64,000 nucleotides of DNA from Clostridia bacterium (GTDB taxonomy: Bacteria; Bacillota; Clostridia; Christensenellales; UBA1242), in assembly GCA_045637805.1 (NCBI GenBank), contig JAZUAE010000018.1, forward strand, positions 9,703-73,702. The letters run 5' to 3'. The notes under the pieces are model-generated. The model was not told the DNA's origin and did no database searches. It saw nothing but the letters and a program-made list of their open reading frames with translations. The position numbers and the translations under genes are program-made. Shown here one piece after another: positions 9,163-17,788 of this stretch (position 1 is the stretch's first letter; each line of letters opens with the position of its first letter).

Positions 9163-9210
9163 ACAAAATAAAAAGACTAAAGCATATTCGTTTTAGTCTT
9201 TTTATGGTGC
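9163..9210. repeat. copy 2 of the 48-50 bp direct repeat
   Basis: ACAAAATAAAAAGACTAAAGCATATTCGTTTTAGTCTTTTTATGGTGC. Differs from copy 1 by a 2-nt indel and 1 substitution. Confidence 0.7.
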
Positions 9211-9220
9211 GGATGAAGGG
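9205..9220 (-). other. 16-nt tRNA 3'-end-like fragment (CCCTT CATCCGC A CCA)
   Basis: On the minus strand it reads as T-stem 3' strand, 7-nt acceptor strand, discriminator A and CCA. The repeat-copy-2 terminator follows immediately. No T-loop or tRNA body lies upstream. Confidence 0.35.
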
Positions 9221-9321
9221 TACTGTGTTTGCTTCGCAACCACCCGCACAAAGGATTAACCTTTATGCTATTCGTCGCTAAAAACAGTCCACTGGTCTGT
9301 TTTTTACACTCCTCACCCTCT

Positions 9322-9346
9322 CAGGGTTCGAGTCCCTACCATTCCG
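9322..9346 (+). other. tRNA 3' fragment (T-arm plus acceptor 3' strand), no complete tRNA
   Basis: cAGGG-TTCGAGT-CCCTa T-arm, then CCATTCC/ACCATTCC and G. No complementary 5' acceptor strand (GGAATGG) and no anticodon arm within 150 nt upstream. Confidence 0.45.
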
Positions 9347-9353
9347 TAAACAT

Positions 9354-9385
9354 AAAAAAACTAGGCATGAATCCTAGTTTTTTTT
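9354..9385 (+). terminator. intrinsic terminator after the tRNA-like fragment
   Basis: AAAAAAA-CTAGG-CATGAAT-CCTAG-TTTTTTTT. Confidence 0.6.
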
Positions 9386-9409
9386 GTGTCAATTGTTCAC
9401 AAAGTCTTT

Positions 9410-9506
9410 TTTTTGATTTCTTACTTTTGATTTTGCGACACTTTTGATTTTTGATTATTTTATCAAAATTTTTCAAAAAATCAAATAAATCAAAATGAAA
9501 ATCAAA
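9410..9506. repeat. array of TTGATTT motifs: 4 forward then 4 inverted copies
   Basis: TTGATT at 9413, 9427, 9444 and 9451. AATCAA at about 9479, 9488 and 9500, plus ATCAAAA at 9462. Contains the 15-mer TTTTGATTTTGCGAC, also present at about 33620-33636. Confidence 0.6.
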
Positions 9507-9507
9507 T

Positions 9508-10113
9508 TTAACTAATATTGAATTTGTTTTTTACATCTCGTAATATATAGTTATTGCCTGCAAATTTGCTTAAGAAAAATTGAGCTTCTTCTTTTGATTC
9601 ACACGCATACGCCCTTGATGCTATGTGATCTTCCAATCTATTCCATGTGTTGAAATCCATACTGTTTCTACTTACAAGTTGAACTAAATTTTTATCTTGC
9701 ATTTTCTTTAATTCTTCCAAAACATTTTCGATCTTTATTCTTTCTTTTATCTTGCAAGATTTCGTTATATAAAACTCATAACCATCTACAACAACGTCAC
9801 TTTTAGAGACGTCACAAATATAAATATACCCACTTTTATTAAATAATTCTTCAAAAAAACCATCATATAGTTCGTAAATTTTGATAGGTTTTGAATTAAA
9901 ATTTATATGACAGGAACAAGCATGCGCCCTTGTTGTACTATTTATATTTTCCAAATACGATTGTATTGGATTGAGAGAAAATAACAACGCAACTTCTATC
10001 TTGTCAGCAAAATATATTCTTGGCTTATAATCAGCCCTTTTATATGCTCTATGTGGTACTAATTCATCATCAATCAGAACATTGCTTCCATGATACAATT
10101 CCATATTTATCAC
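9508..10113 (-). CDS. hypothetical protein (prophage-end cargo, own promoter and terminator context)
   Basis: 201-aa ORF preceded by a TATAAT-like box and AAGGGTGA SD, downstream of the recombinase terminator. Begins ..MELYHGS. No family recognised with confidence. Confidence 0.5.
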   Translation of the reverse strand: MINMELYHGSNVLIDDELVPHRAYKRADYKPRIYFADKIEVALLFSLNPIQSYLENINSTTRAHACSCHINFNSKPIKIYELYDGFFEELFNKSGYIYICDVSKSDVVVDGYEFYITKSCKIKERIKIENVLEELKKMQDKNLVQLVSRNSMDFNTWNRLEDHIASRAYACESKEEAQFFLSKFAGNNYILRDVKNKFNIS

Positions 10114-10151
10114 CCTTTATTATTATATCATAGAGAACAGAATAAAACAAT

Positions 10152-10183
10152 AAAAAAAAAGCCACTAATTTAGAATTAGTGGC
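10152..10183 (-). terminator. intrinsic terminator after the recombinase genes
   Basis: GCCACTAATT-CTA-AATTAGTGGC followed by T9 on the minus strand, 4 nt after the stop. Confidence 0.65.
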
Positions 10184-10186
10184 TCA

Positions 10187-11773
10187 CTATATATTTTGAT
10201 CTAAAGCTATGCCACATTTAAACACATATGTCGCAGTATGCTTATCTTTTATGATTATTTTTTCTATCAGATTCTTACAAATTTCTTTATCGAATGTTGT
10301 GTATACACCATTTAGTACTTTGTCTATTTCTTTTATTCTATAATTTATAATACTAATATTATCCGTTTTCTTTTGGGCTATCTCTATCTTTTCTTTCAAG
10401 TCCTTTATTTGGGCTATAATTTCGCTCGATTTCGCTTGTATATCATCTGTTGCCTTACTTGTATTGATTGTAAGGTTTACAAGTTCTTCTTGCTTTTTAA
10501 TAAGGTTATTTTGCATCGATTCAAGAGTTTCTATATCTGGCACATTTATAACTGTATTAATATTATTTTTTACCTTTTCTATAATATCTTTTCGATTTGA
10601 TGTCAATACTTGCAAAGCTTCAATAAATCCTTGTTCCAATAGATTCTCTTTTATAGGTTTCATTGAACATGCATTTTTGTCTTTTTGATGCTTTGTACAT
10701 ACCCATATTGGAACTTTTTTACTATGGTCTATACTCCATTGTGAATGTCTGCGAAATTTTGCACCACATTCTCCACACTCAACAATTGAGCTAAATGCAT
10801 AATCGTTAGTGTACACCCCAAATCCGTCATCTTCGCTTTTAAGTTCTTCACGCCTTTTAAGTTCTATTTGTACTGCATCAAAATCTTCTTTACTAATAAT
10901 CGCCAAGTGATGACCAGTTACATAATATTGTGGCTTAAATCCTTCATTCTTTTTCCTTTCACAAAGTATGTCTGGCTTGTATGTTTTTTGGAGTAATAAA
11001 TCGCCCTTATATTTCTCGTTGGTTAAAATATTGATTATTGTGTTTACATACCATTTAGTTTTTCCATAAGGTGTTTTTATTTCATCTTTTTCAAGTTCTT
11101 TCTTAATTGCTCTAATCGTATTACCTCTGAGATATGATTCAAATATCCTACGAACAATCACAGCTTCTTTTTCTACTATTTTAAAACCATCTTTGGTATT
11201 GTACCCGAATATTCTACCACTACCAACATACTCTCCTTTCTCAAATTTCTTTTGATGAGACCAAGTAATGTTGTGGGATATTGTTCTGCTTTCTTCTTCA
11301 GCAATGGAGGCCATTATTCCTAGCAATAAGAAGGAGTTTGGATCTGCCGTATCAATATTTGTAGTTTCAAAGAGTATTGTAACACCTCTATCTTTTAACT
11401 CTTGTGCTATTGTTAAGCATTCCCCCGCATTCCTGGCAAATCTTTGTACTGATTTAGTTATAATTCTTGTTATTTTACCATTTCGACAATCATCAATCAT
11501 TTCTAGAAATTTCTTTCTTTTTCTCATTTTTGTTCCAGTAATACCCTCATCAGCATATAAGCCAACATAAACGATACCCTTATCACTACTTAATTTTTTA
11601 TTATAATACTCACACTGAACTTTATAACTATTTAGTTGGTCCTCATTATCCGTACTAACCCTAGCATATGCACAAACTCTAGGTTTATTTGCTAACATAT
11701 TTATTGTTCCACCAACCATTTTCTGCCTTGCAGGAATAACTCTAATAGTTCTTGCAGTACTTTCTATGTTCAT
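10187..11773 (-). CDS. large serine recombinase (528 aa)
   Basis: N-terminal resolvase domain with AYARVST (catalytic Ser). Recombinase domain. Zinc ribbon CGECGAKFRRH...C. C-terminal coiled coil. Confidence 0.9.
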   Translation of the reverse strand: MNIESTARTIRVIPARQKMVGGTINMLANKPRVCAYARVSTDNEDQLNSYKVQCEYYNKKLSSDKGIVYVGLYADEGITGTKMRKRKKFLEMIDDCRNGKITRIITKSVQRFARNAGECLTIAQELKDRGVTILFETTNIDTADPNSFLLLGIMASIAEEESRTISHNITWSHQKKFEKGEYVGSGRIFGYNTKDGFKIVEKEAVIVRRIFESYLRGNTIRAIKKELEKDEIKTPYGKTKWYVNTIINILTNEKYKGDLLLQKTYKPDILCERKKNEGFKPQYYVTGHHLAIISKEDFDAVQIELKRREELKSEDDGFGVYTNDYAFSSIVECGECGAKFRRHSQWSIDHSKKVPIWVCTKHQKDKNACSMKPIKENLLEQGFIEALQVLTSNRKDIIEKVKNNINTVINVPDIETLESMQNNLIKKQEELVNLTINTSKATDDIQAKSSEIIAQIKDLKEKIEIAQKKTDNISIINYRIKEIDKVLNGVYTTFDKEICKNLIEKIIIKDKHTATYVFKCGIALDQNI

Positions 11774-13223
11774 ATTTATACTCCTTCTTTATGCATTGCT
11801 GATTTTTAAAAATGATATCTATTTTATAATCTGTAATAATTATTTTTTCTATATGTTTCTCCACAATTTCATCGGTAAACTCTTTTGCTTTACATTTAGG
11901 TTTTTTATAAACACTTAATAAATTATAATTACGTAATTTTTCAATTAATTCTGATTGTTCTTTTGTTTTCTTATCAACCTCTAGTTTATATTGACCATAT
12001 GTTATTAATTTGTCTATGTACAATCTTTTAATCTTATCAATAATGTTTTGAATTTCTCTTATTTTCTGTTTTAATTCGTTATTGTTAGGTAACTCGTATG
12101 GAATATCTACGTATTCATTATAAGCATCAAATATGATCTCATTTAATAGATCCTGAGGAATGTCAATCGCCGAACAAGCACATTTACCATGCCTTTCTTT
12201 GTTTATACATATCCATTGTCTATTATCACAATTTACAATGCGCTTATTAATTCGGTGTCTGAATGTATTTCCACACTTCCCACATTTAATCTTCCCTGAC
12301 AGCGAGTACCTTCTTTTTTCTTGCATTTTATTGCCGGTTGCCTTTCGAGTTCTTTCCAACATTATTTTATTAACAGAATTAAAAGTTTCTCTATCTATTA
12401 TTGCTTCATGATTATTGGTTATGTAATACTGCTCTAATTGCCCCTTGTTTTTTTGTTTACGGCCATTATCGTAAAATTCTTTTTGCAATAAAGCATCTCC
12501 AATATATTTTTCGTTTCTTAATATTCTTTGCACTGTTGTGTTTCGCCAAACTTCCTTTCCTGTACATGTTGGAATTTTAAGTTTTGTTAATTGATTTGCT
12601 ATGCCTTCTATTCCATATCCCTTTAAGTATAATGTAAAAATCAATCTAACAATCTTAGCTTCTTCTTTATTTATTACCATTTGATTTTCTTCATTAAAAT
12701 CATAACCAAAGATTTGGGTTTTGGGAACAATCCCTTTTTTAAAATTATTTCGTGCTGTAAATTGCACATTTTTACTCATAGTTCTCAATTCCTGTTCCCC
12801 TAATATTGCCTTTAGGTTCATTAATAAATCCATAGAACATGTTAATGTATTTATGTTTTCTTCATCAAAAATTATTGCAACACCTTTCTCTCTGAGAGTT
12901 TTAATTACATCCATAGTTTCTTTACTATTGCGACCAAACCTATAAATACTTTTTGTATAAATTTCTTTTATAAATCCAGCCATCGCTAGCTCAATCATTT
13001 TGACATACTCTTTTCTTTGTATTACCTTATGTCCACTTATACCTTGATCTGCAAACACTCCACAGAATTTCCTGTTTGACAATGTTTGGAGTTTTTCTGT
13101 CCAATAAGAATCCTGCATTAAAAAACTTGATTCTTGCTCTTCTTTCATAGTACTTACTCTTACATAAGCACAACATGGAATTTCTTGATCCTTACTTGAA
13201 TCTATTCGTTGTATTTTTGCCAA
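11742..13223 (-). CDS. large serine recombinase (493 aa)
   Basis: AYVRVST catalytic motif. Recombinase domain. Zinc ribbon CGKCGNTFRHR. 32-nt overlap with the downstream recombinase gene. Confidence 0.9.
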   Translation of the reverse strand: MAKIQRIDSSKDQEIPCCAYVRVSTMKEEQESSFLMQDSYWTEKLQTLSNRKFCGVFADQGISGHKVIQRKEYVKMIELAMAGFIKEIYTKSIYRFGRNSKETMDVIKTLREKGVAIIFDEENINTLTCSMDLLMNLKAILGEQELRTMSKNVQFTARNNFKKGIVPKTQIFGYDFNEENQMVINKEEAKIVRLIFTLYLKGYGIEGIANQLTKLKIPTCTGKEVWRNTTVQRILRNEKYIGDALLQKEFYDNGRKQKNKGQLEQYYITNNHEAIIDRETFNSVNKIMLERTRKATGNKMQEKRRYSLSGKIKCGKCGNTFRHRINKRIVNCDNRQWICINKERHGKCACSAIDIPQDLLNEIIFDAYNEYVDIPYELPNNNELKQKIREIQNIIDKIKRLYIDKLITYGQYKLEVDKKTKEQSELIEKLRNYNLLSVYKKPKCKAKEFTDEIVEKHIEKIIITDYKIDIIFKNQQCIKKEYKYEHRKYCKNY

Positions 13224-13254
13224 TTTTACACCTCCAATTTACTTAACCAAACAC

Positions 13255-13280
13255 TGCCGCAAAGAATTCTAAAAGTCCAG
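13255..13280 (-). promoter_or_regulatory. copy 1 of the conserved 26-nt phage motif CTGGACTTT-N8-TTTGCGG(C/T)A
   Basis: Minus strand reads CTGGACTTTTAGAATTCTTTGCGGCA. Ends 31 nt upstream of the recombinase ATG. Confidence 0.5.
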
Positions 13281-13420
13281 CGAAACTTTAAAGAAATAAG
13301 ACTTTTTAACAAATAAAACTTGACTGATTTATGGAATCGAGTTCCTTATGTTCTTTACATGTTATTAACCCTTTTCCCAATAACATATCAATTATGCCTT
13401 TACTTAATAAATAATCTAAA

Positions 13421-13738
13421 TTATTTGTCTTTGACATTAATTTCTACTTCCTTTATATCAATACCAAATTTTTTAAGCTGTTTAAATATTTGATTACATC
13501 CCGTAGCAGATAATCCACTTGCTCCGCCAATAAGAATTGCAACCCAAATATTAGATGCAGATATAATGCTTGGAATAAAATAAAAACATATAATTGCCAA
13601 TACTATACCAAGTAGTCCAGCTATTATTGGAATAAGTCTGATTAAATTTTCCTTCTCTTTTGCAATATATTTTTTATAAATTTCCATAAACAAAAAAACC
13701 AGTGCAACAATCACTGGAACACAAATAATTTCTAACAT
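13421..13738 (-). CDS. holin-like membrane protein
   Basis: 105 aa with three hydrophobic helices. GGASGLSATGCNQIFKQLKK motif resembles phi-LC3/LL-H type holins. Charged C-terminus. Sits after the tail fibre genes. Confidence 0.6.
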   Translation of the reverse strand: MLEIICVPVIVALVFLFMEIYKKYIAKEKENLIRLIPIIAGLLGIVLAIICFYFIPSIISASNIWVAILIGGASGLSATGCNQIFKQLKKFGIDIKEVEINVKDK

Positions 13739-13743
13739 TGTAT

Positions 13744-14043
13744 TTATTCTCCCTTATCTGAATTTTCGATTAAAAAATCTAACATTTCTTTATTAACTTT
13801 TTCATATTCATTGAGCGCTTTATGCATTTCTCCATTTGTTTTTCCATCTCGCAAGGCAATAGAATTTGCCACTGTGAGATCTCCAACTGCTGTTATACTT
13901 TTTATAACCAACACATCTCTTTTATGTCGTGCAATATCTCGTTTTTCTTCCTCTTTGTGCCTTTTCTTAAAATAATATTGTAAGAAAAAAAGCACCATTC
14001 CAGACACGATGCTTGCGACAATACTTATAACTATTGATATCAT
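13744..14043 (-). CDS. small N-terminally anchored membrane protein (lysis-cassette associated)
   Basis: Single N-terminal TM helix followed by a charged helix. Adjacent to the holin. Confidence 0.4.
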   Translation of the reverse strand: MISIVISIVASIVSGMVLFFLQYYFKKRHKEEEKRDIARHKRDVLVIKSITAVGDLTVANSIALRDGKTNGEMHKALNEYEKVNKEMLDFLIENSDKGE

Positions 14044-14051
14044 TTTTTCTC

Positions 14052-15707
14052 CTATTCCACATTTATATTTGAAGCATTTACCAATGTAAATTTCGTTGTT
14101 CCATTTAACATATTATTAATTTGTGTTTGTAAATTTTCTCTCTCATTGGTTGCTTCATTTAATTGAGTATTAAAAGTTGTAGTTAAATTATTTATAGCCT
14201 GTTGTACAGAACTATCTATTAATTCTTTCAATACTTTTCCTTGCTTTGCTGATAAAACATATGCAGAATTTTCAGACTCCAAATTATCTACAATTGTTAC
14301 TCCAGCATCTGTGCCTTTTAATGCAATCAATCCCCAATAATCATTTTCTGCACTATCTGATGGTTTTTGGTTTATGTTTGTTTTTTTACAATAATAAGTA
14401 CAACCAAAAATACTAACTGTATCAATAAAATATTCATTGTTCAAATATTCTGTGCTAGCATCCCAACCACCCATGGCTCGATACGACTTTCCTTGTTTAG
14501 GCTCTGGAATATTAAAATGAATATTTTTTCTTTTTGTTATTTCATTAGTTTCAATATTGACACTTACATGCTCAGTACAATCAATTTCTGAACTTGAGAC
14601 CGTTAAATTTTCAACAATATCAAGTGCTGTTGATGATTTATTATTTGCAGTTTCAGCTGTAGAAACGGCATTTTCTGATTTATCATTAGCAATATTTGCA
14701 GCATTCACTGCATTAGTTGCACTTGTATTTGCATTATTTGCTGTCATAACTGCGTTATTTGATTTTTCATTTGAAAAATTCGCAATATCATTTGATTCTT
14801 GAGCAATTTCTTTAGATTCCGAAGCTAATGCAACTGCATTATCCGATTTTTCATTTGCATTATTTGATGTTTGGACTGCATTGTTTGACTTTTTATCTGC
14901 ACTATTTGCAATTTCTAGTGCATCTTCAGAGTTACTAAGTGCTACATTTGCAGTATTTACAGCATCTATTGATTTACTATTTGCTGTATTTGATGTTTCT
15001 ACCGCCCTATCAGCTTTTTCATTAGCACTATTCGACACCTGCTCAGCATATTCCGCACTATTTTGAGCAGCCAATGCACTATTTTCTGCATTTTTTGCCT
15101 TTATGTTTGCAGAGTCTGCACTATTTTGAGCAGCCAATGCACTATTTTCTGCATTTTTTGCACTATCTTCTGCATTAATGGCTGATTTTTCTGCATCATC
15201 TGCTCTCTTTTGAGCATCTTCAGAGTTAGCTAAAGATTCTCGTGATAACTCTAAAGATAAATTTGCATATTCGTATGCTTGAATTATAAGATCTGGATTT
15301 TCTGAACTTTCTTTTTTAACATACATTATTGAATCTTCAATAATAATTTTAAACAATTTAAATGGCACAAAAGTTTCTGTGTTGTCTGCTAGATATGCAA
15401 TAAATTGAATTTGCAATTCCCCCTTAATCGTTACTGCCGTAGGCAAAGTAAAAGCAAAGTTTAATTTATCAAAATCTTCGCCATAGTTTTTTGTTTCATC
15501 TTCAGGTGTATATAACCCTATGCTCCACTTTTCATTTCTTATATTTTTAAAGTCTACTCGTTTTGAAAAGTCTTTATATTCTTCTGGGAAATGCACAAGG
15601 ATTGTTGTGGCATTATTTTCGCCAGAAATAATTTCATATTCTTCTTTATTTTCAGCAACATATTGCTTGTTTCTTTTTAGTGTTATTTCTATTCCTTGCA
15701 TATTCAT
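14052..15707 (-). CDS. tail fibre protein with Ala/Asn/Ser-rich periodic repeats
   Basis: 551 aa. Central region (about aa 160-365) consists of xAxNSAxxA-type repeats, including a duplicated KNAENSALAAQNSA. Last large gene of the tail module. Confidence 0.55.
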   Translation of the reverse strand: MNMQGIEITLKRNKQYVAENKEEYEIISGENNATTILVHFPEEYKDFSKRVDFKNIRNEKWSIGLYTPEDETKNYGEDFDKLNFAFTLPTAVTIKGELQIQFIAYLADNTETFVPFKLFKIIIEDSIMYVKKESSENPDLIIQAYEYANLSLELSRESLANSEDAQKRADDAEKSAINAEDSAKNAENSALAAQNSADSANIKAKNAENSALAAQNSAEYAEQVSNSANEKADRAVETSNTANSKSIDAVNTANVALSNSEDALEIANSADKKSNNAVQTSNNANEKSDNAVALASESKEIAQESNDIANFSNEKSNNAVMTANNANTSATNAVNAANIANDKSENAVSTAETANNKSSTALDIVENLTVSSSEIDCTEHVSVNIETNEITKRKNIHFNIPEPKQGKSYRAMGGWDASTEYLNNEYFIDTVSIFGCTYYCKKTNINQKPSDSAENDYWGLIALKGTDAGVTIVDNLESENSAYVLSAKQGKVLKELIDSSVQQAINNLTTTFNTQLNEATNERENLQTQINNMLNGTTKFTLVNASNINVE

Positions 15708-15713
15708 CTCCTA

Positions 15714-16715
15714 TTATGTTATTTCGTAGGCAAACCACAAATCCCATCCATACGCTCTGATAGCCGCCATAGACCCACCGCCATAACCATCCGCCGTAAC
15801 ATATATTTTACCATCGGTATCTATTTTACCAATATTAGGTCTATACGAACCACTATAAGTCCACATTGATTCTTCAATTACTATTGTTTGCTGGGTTTTA
15901 GGTCTAAATCCTTCTGGAATAGTTGCTAAATGTTTACTTGTTGTTTCATATCTTGTTGCATTAGAATCCTTTATTCTTATACAGCCTATTACGAAGTTTA
16001 CCTGTCTCTTAACCCAATTTTCAGGGACACTTGTATTTGAGACTACGACCGACAATGTCCCAGTGGTTATATTTTTGACATTTGTGATTGCTGTTCGCAC
16101 ATACGATGTTGTTGCCACTTTTGTAGAATTATCTGTTTGCGCCTGTGTATGTGCAGTTACATTACTTGCAATTGTTCCCCCTGATATAAGGTTCTTTGAG
16201 TTTGTTGCTAAATCACTATTTATGCTATGGGTTGAGTATGCAACCCTATTAAGCATATTCCTTTGGTCTGTAAAGGTTATTGTTCCATTTGTTTGTATTG
16301 CAATCAAATAAAGTTGAATTTGATATACACCTGTTGTTATTTCAGACAATTTGTCTTGTTGTAGTTCTATGACTGACGTATCACTTTGTGGTGTTACTTT
16401 TACAGCCATTGCCTGTGGTCTAGCCGACAAATCAAACTCAACATAAACCTTCGAGTATTGTGTTCCACTACTTGGTATAACAAAGTTGAATTGGACTGGT
16501 GCATCACTCATTCCAAAGTATCCATAAGCATGAGCCAGACCTGGTCCAACTATTATTCCTCTATCTATGATTGATATAGGAAATCTATTCGCTTCACTGG
16601 CAACTATACCAGGATCTACTTGGCTATAAAAATTATAGATTTTAGCATCAAATGTTGGAACAATTTCATTTTTACCTGTGACGCTATCTCCTATTCCTTT
16701 GAGAATATATCCCAT
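15714..16715 (-). CDS. tail/baseplate-associated protein (function unassigned)
   Basis: Position between the Tal-like protein and the tail fibre. 333 aa. Start and stop abut neighbours. Confidence 0.35.
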   Translation of the reverse strand: MGYILKGIGDSVTGKNEIVPTFDAKIYNFYSQVDPGIVASEANRFPISIIDRGIIVGPGLAHAYGYFGMSDAPVQFNFVIPSSGTQYSKVYVEFDLSARPQAMAVKVTPQSDTSVIELQQDKLSEITTGVYQIQLYLIAIQTNGTITFTDQRNMLNRVAYSTHSINSDLATNSKNLISGGTIASNVTAHTQAQTDNSTKVATTSYVRTAITNVKNITTGTLSVVVSNTSVPENWVKRQVNFVIGCIRIKDSNATRYETTSKHLATIPEGFRPKTQQTIVIEESMWTYSGSYRPNIGKIDTDGKIYVTADGYGGGSMAAIRAYGWDLWFAYEIT

Positions 16716-17788
16716 TAGCTTTTCCTCCTATATCTTCTATCATTATATATTTTCATTCTATCTGTGAAATCAATTCTTGTTTTACCAAAAACACACGTGT
16801 AGTATGGATCATTCATTGTGTATTTTAATCCAGTGAATATTGATTGATATTCTCTGTTCTCATACACTATTGTGACCTTATCTCCATATCGGAAGTTCTT
16901 ACACTTAACCATCGTTTGTGTTTTCGCCAACTTGTATAGAATACAGTGGTTGAAAATATTTCCGCAAAGTTCACTCTTTGCTTTCTCTTCCATTGTGTAG
17001 CCTTCTTTTACTGCATCTGTTGCATCCCACTCCACATACTTTGTTTGAATAGGCATTATTCTCTTTGAATCATTTACATTTGTAGTTACTTGGTTATTTT
17101 CAAGCAAATAGTATGTTCCTTGCTCAACTCCTGTGTCAGCATTATAAAAAACGACCTTATTATAGGTCGGCATATCATTGTTATCAAATTGTGGTTTTGA
17201 TAGTTTTATATTGTCCTTTATAATGTACCCTTCGGTTGAGTTCTTTGCTATCATACACACTATTGTATTGCTCACAAAGTTTATTGAAAAATCTAAATAA
17301 ATATTGTAAGTGTCAAACATCCAATCTATGAAATCTGCTAGATTGATTGTATCTTCATCATCACTATACACACAACTATATTCGCTACCAAATGTCCTTA
17401 TTTCTAGTGGTAGTTTCTTTTGTACATCTACTGTGTCAATAAAAGCATATGTGAGTATTGTTTTTAATCCTTGCACCCCATCAAACTTTCTTCCAAGCAA
17501 ACTGGTATATTTGAAGACATTGATTACTGTGTCATTGAATAACTCTTTCATATGTTTGAACGAGATCTTTTGTTCTGTGTTATCGATGGAAGTTATGACT
17601 CCAAGTTCTACTAGTTTATTTCCATTTATGAGTGCAATAATGTCGCCTTTGAACCCCATTGAAGTGTCAATAATTGATGCTGTGCTAGTGTTGTTAGATA
17701 TTATGTCATAGTCAATCGAATAGTCCTTTACAACTCCACCATCAATGTATTGCAAGGTGTTTCTCGCATAAATTCTATAATGAACCAT
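16715..17788 (-). CDS. tail-associated (Tal-position) protein
   Basis: Synteny: follows the Dit-position gene downstream of the tape measure. ATGA-type junctions at both ends. Confidence 0.4.
   Translation of the reverse strand: MVHYRIYARNTLQYIDGGVVKDYSIDYDIISNNTSTASIIDTSMGFKGDIIALINGNKLVELGVITSIDNTEQKISFKHMKELFNDTVINVFKYTSLLGRKFDGVQGLKTILTYAFIDTVDVQKKLPLEIRTFGSEYSCVYSDDEDTINLADFIDWMFDTYNIYLDFSINFVSNTIVCMIAKNSTEGYIIKDNIKLSKPQFDNNDMPTYNKVVFYNADTGVEQGTYYLLENNQVTTNVNDSKRIMPIQTKYVEWDATDAVKEGYTMEEKAKSELCGNIFNHCILYKLAKTQTMVKCKNFRYGDKVTIVYENREYQSIFTGLKYTMNDPYYTCVFGKTRIDFTDRMKIYNDRRYRRKS

Noticed and set aside
9205-9348. Possible tmRNA, T-box leader, SRP RNA or TPP riboswitch
   Set aside because: There is no GGGG...CCACCA acceptor pair and no tag reading frame with a nearby stop, which rules out tmRNA. 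GGGTGGTTGCG resembles the T-box core only partly, with no Stem I/specifier elements and a segment too short. No SRP GGAA/AGCA domain IV and no TPP CTGAGA...ACCTGATCTGG core is present.
9410-9506. CRISPR array
   Set aside because: The repeats are 6-8 nt A/T-rich motifs with irregular 7-17 nt spacing and mixed orientation. There are no 25-40 nt repeat/spacer units and no cas genes in the window. The same applies to 33476-33640.
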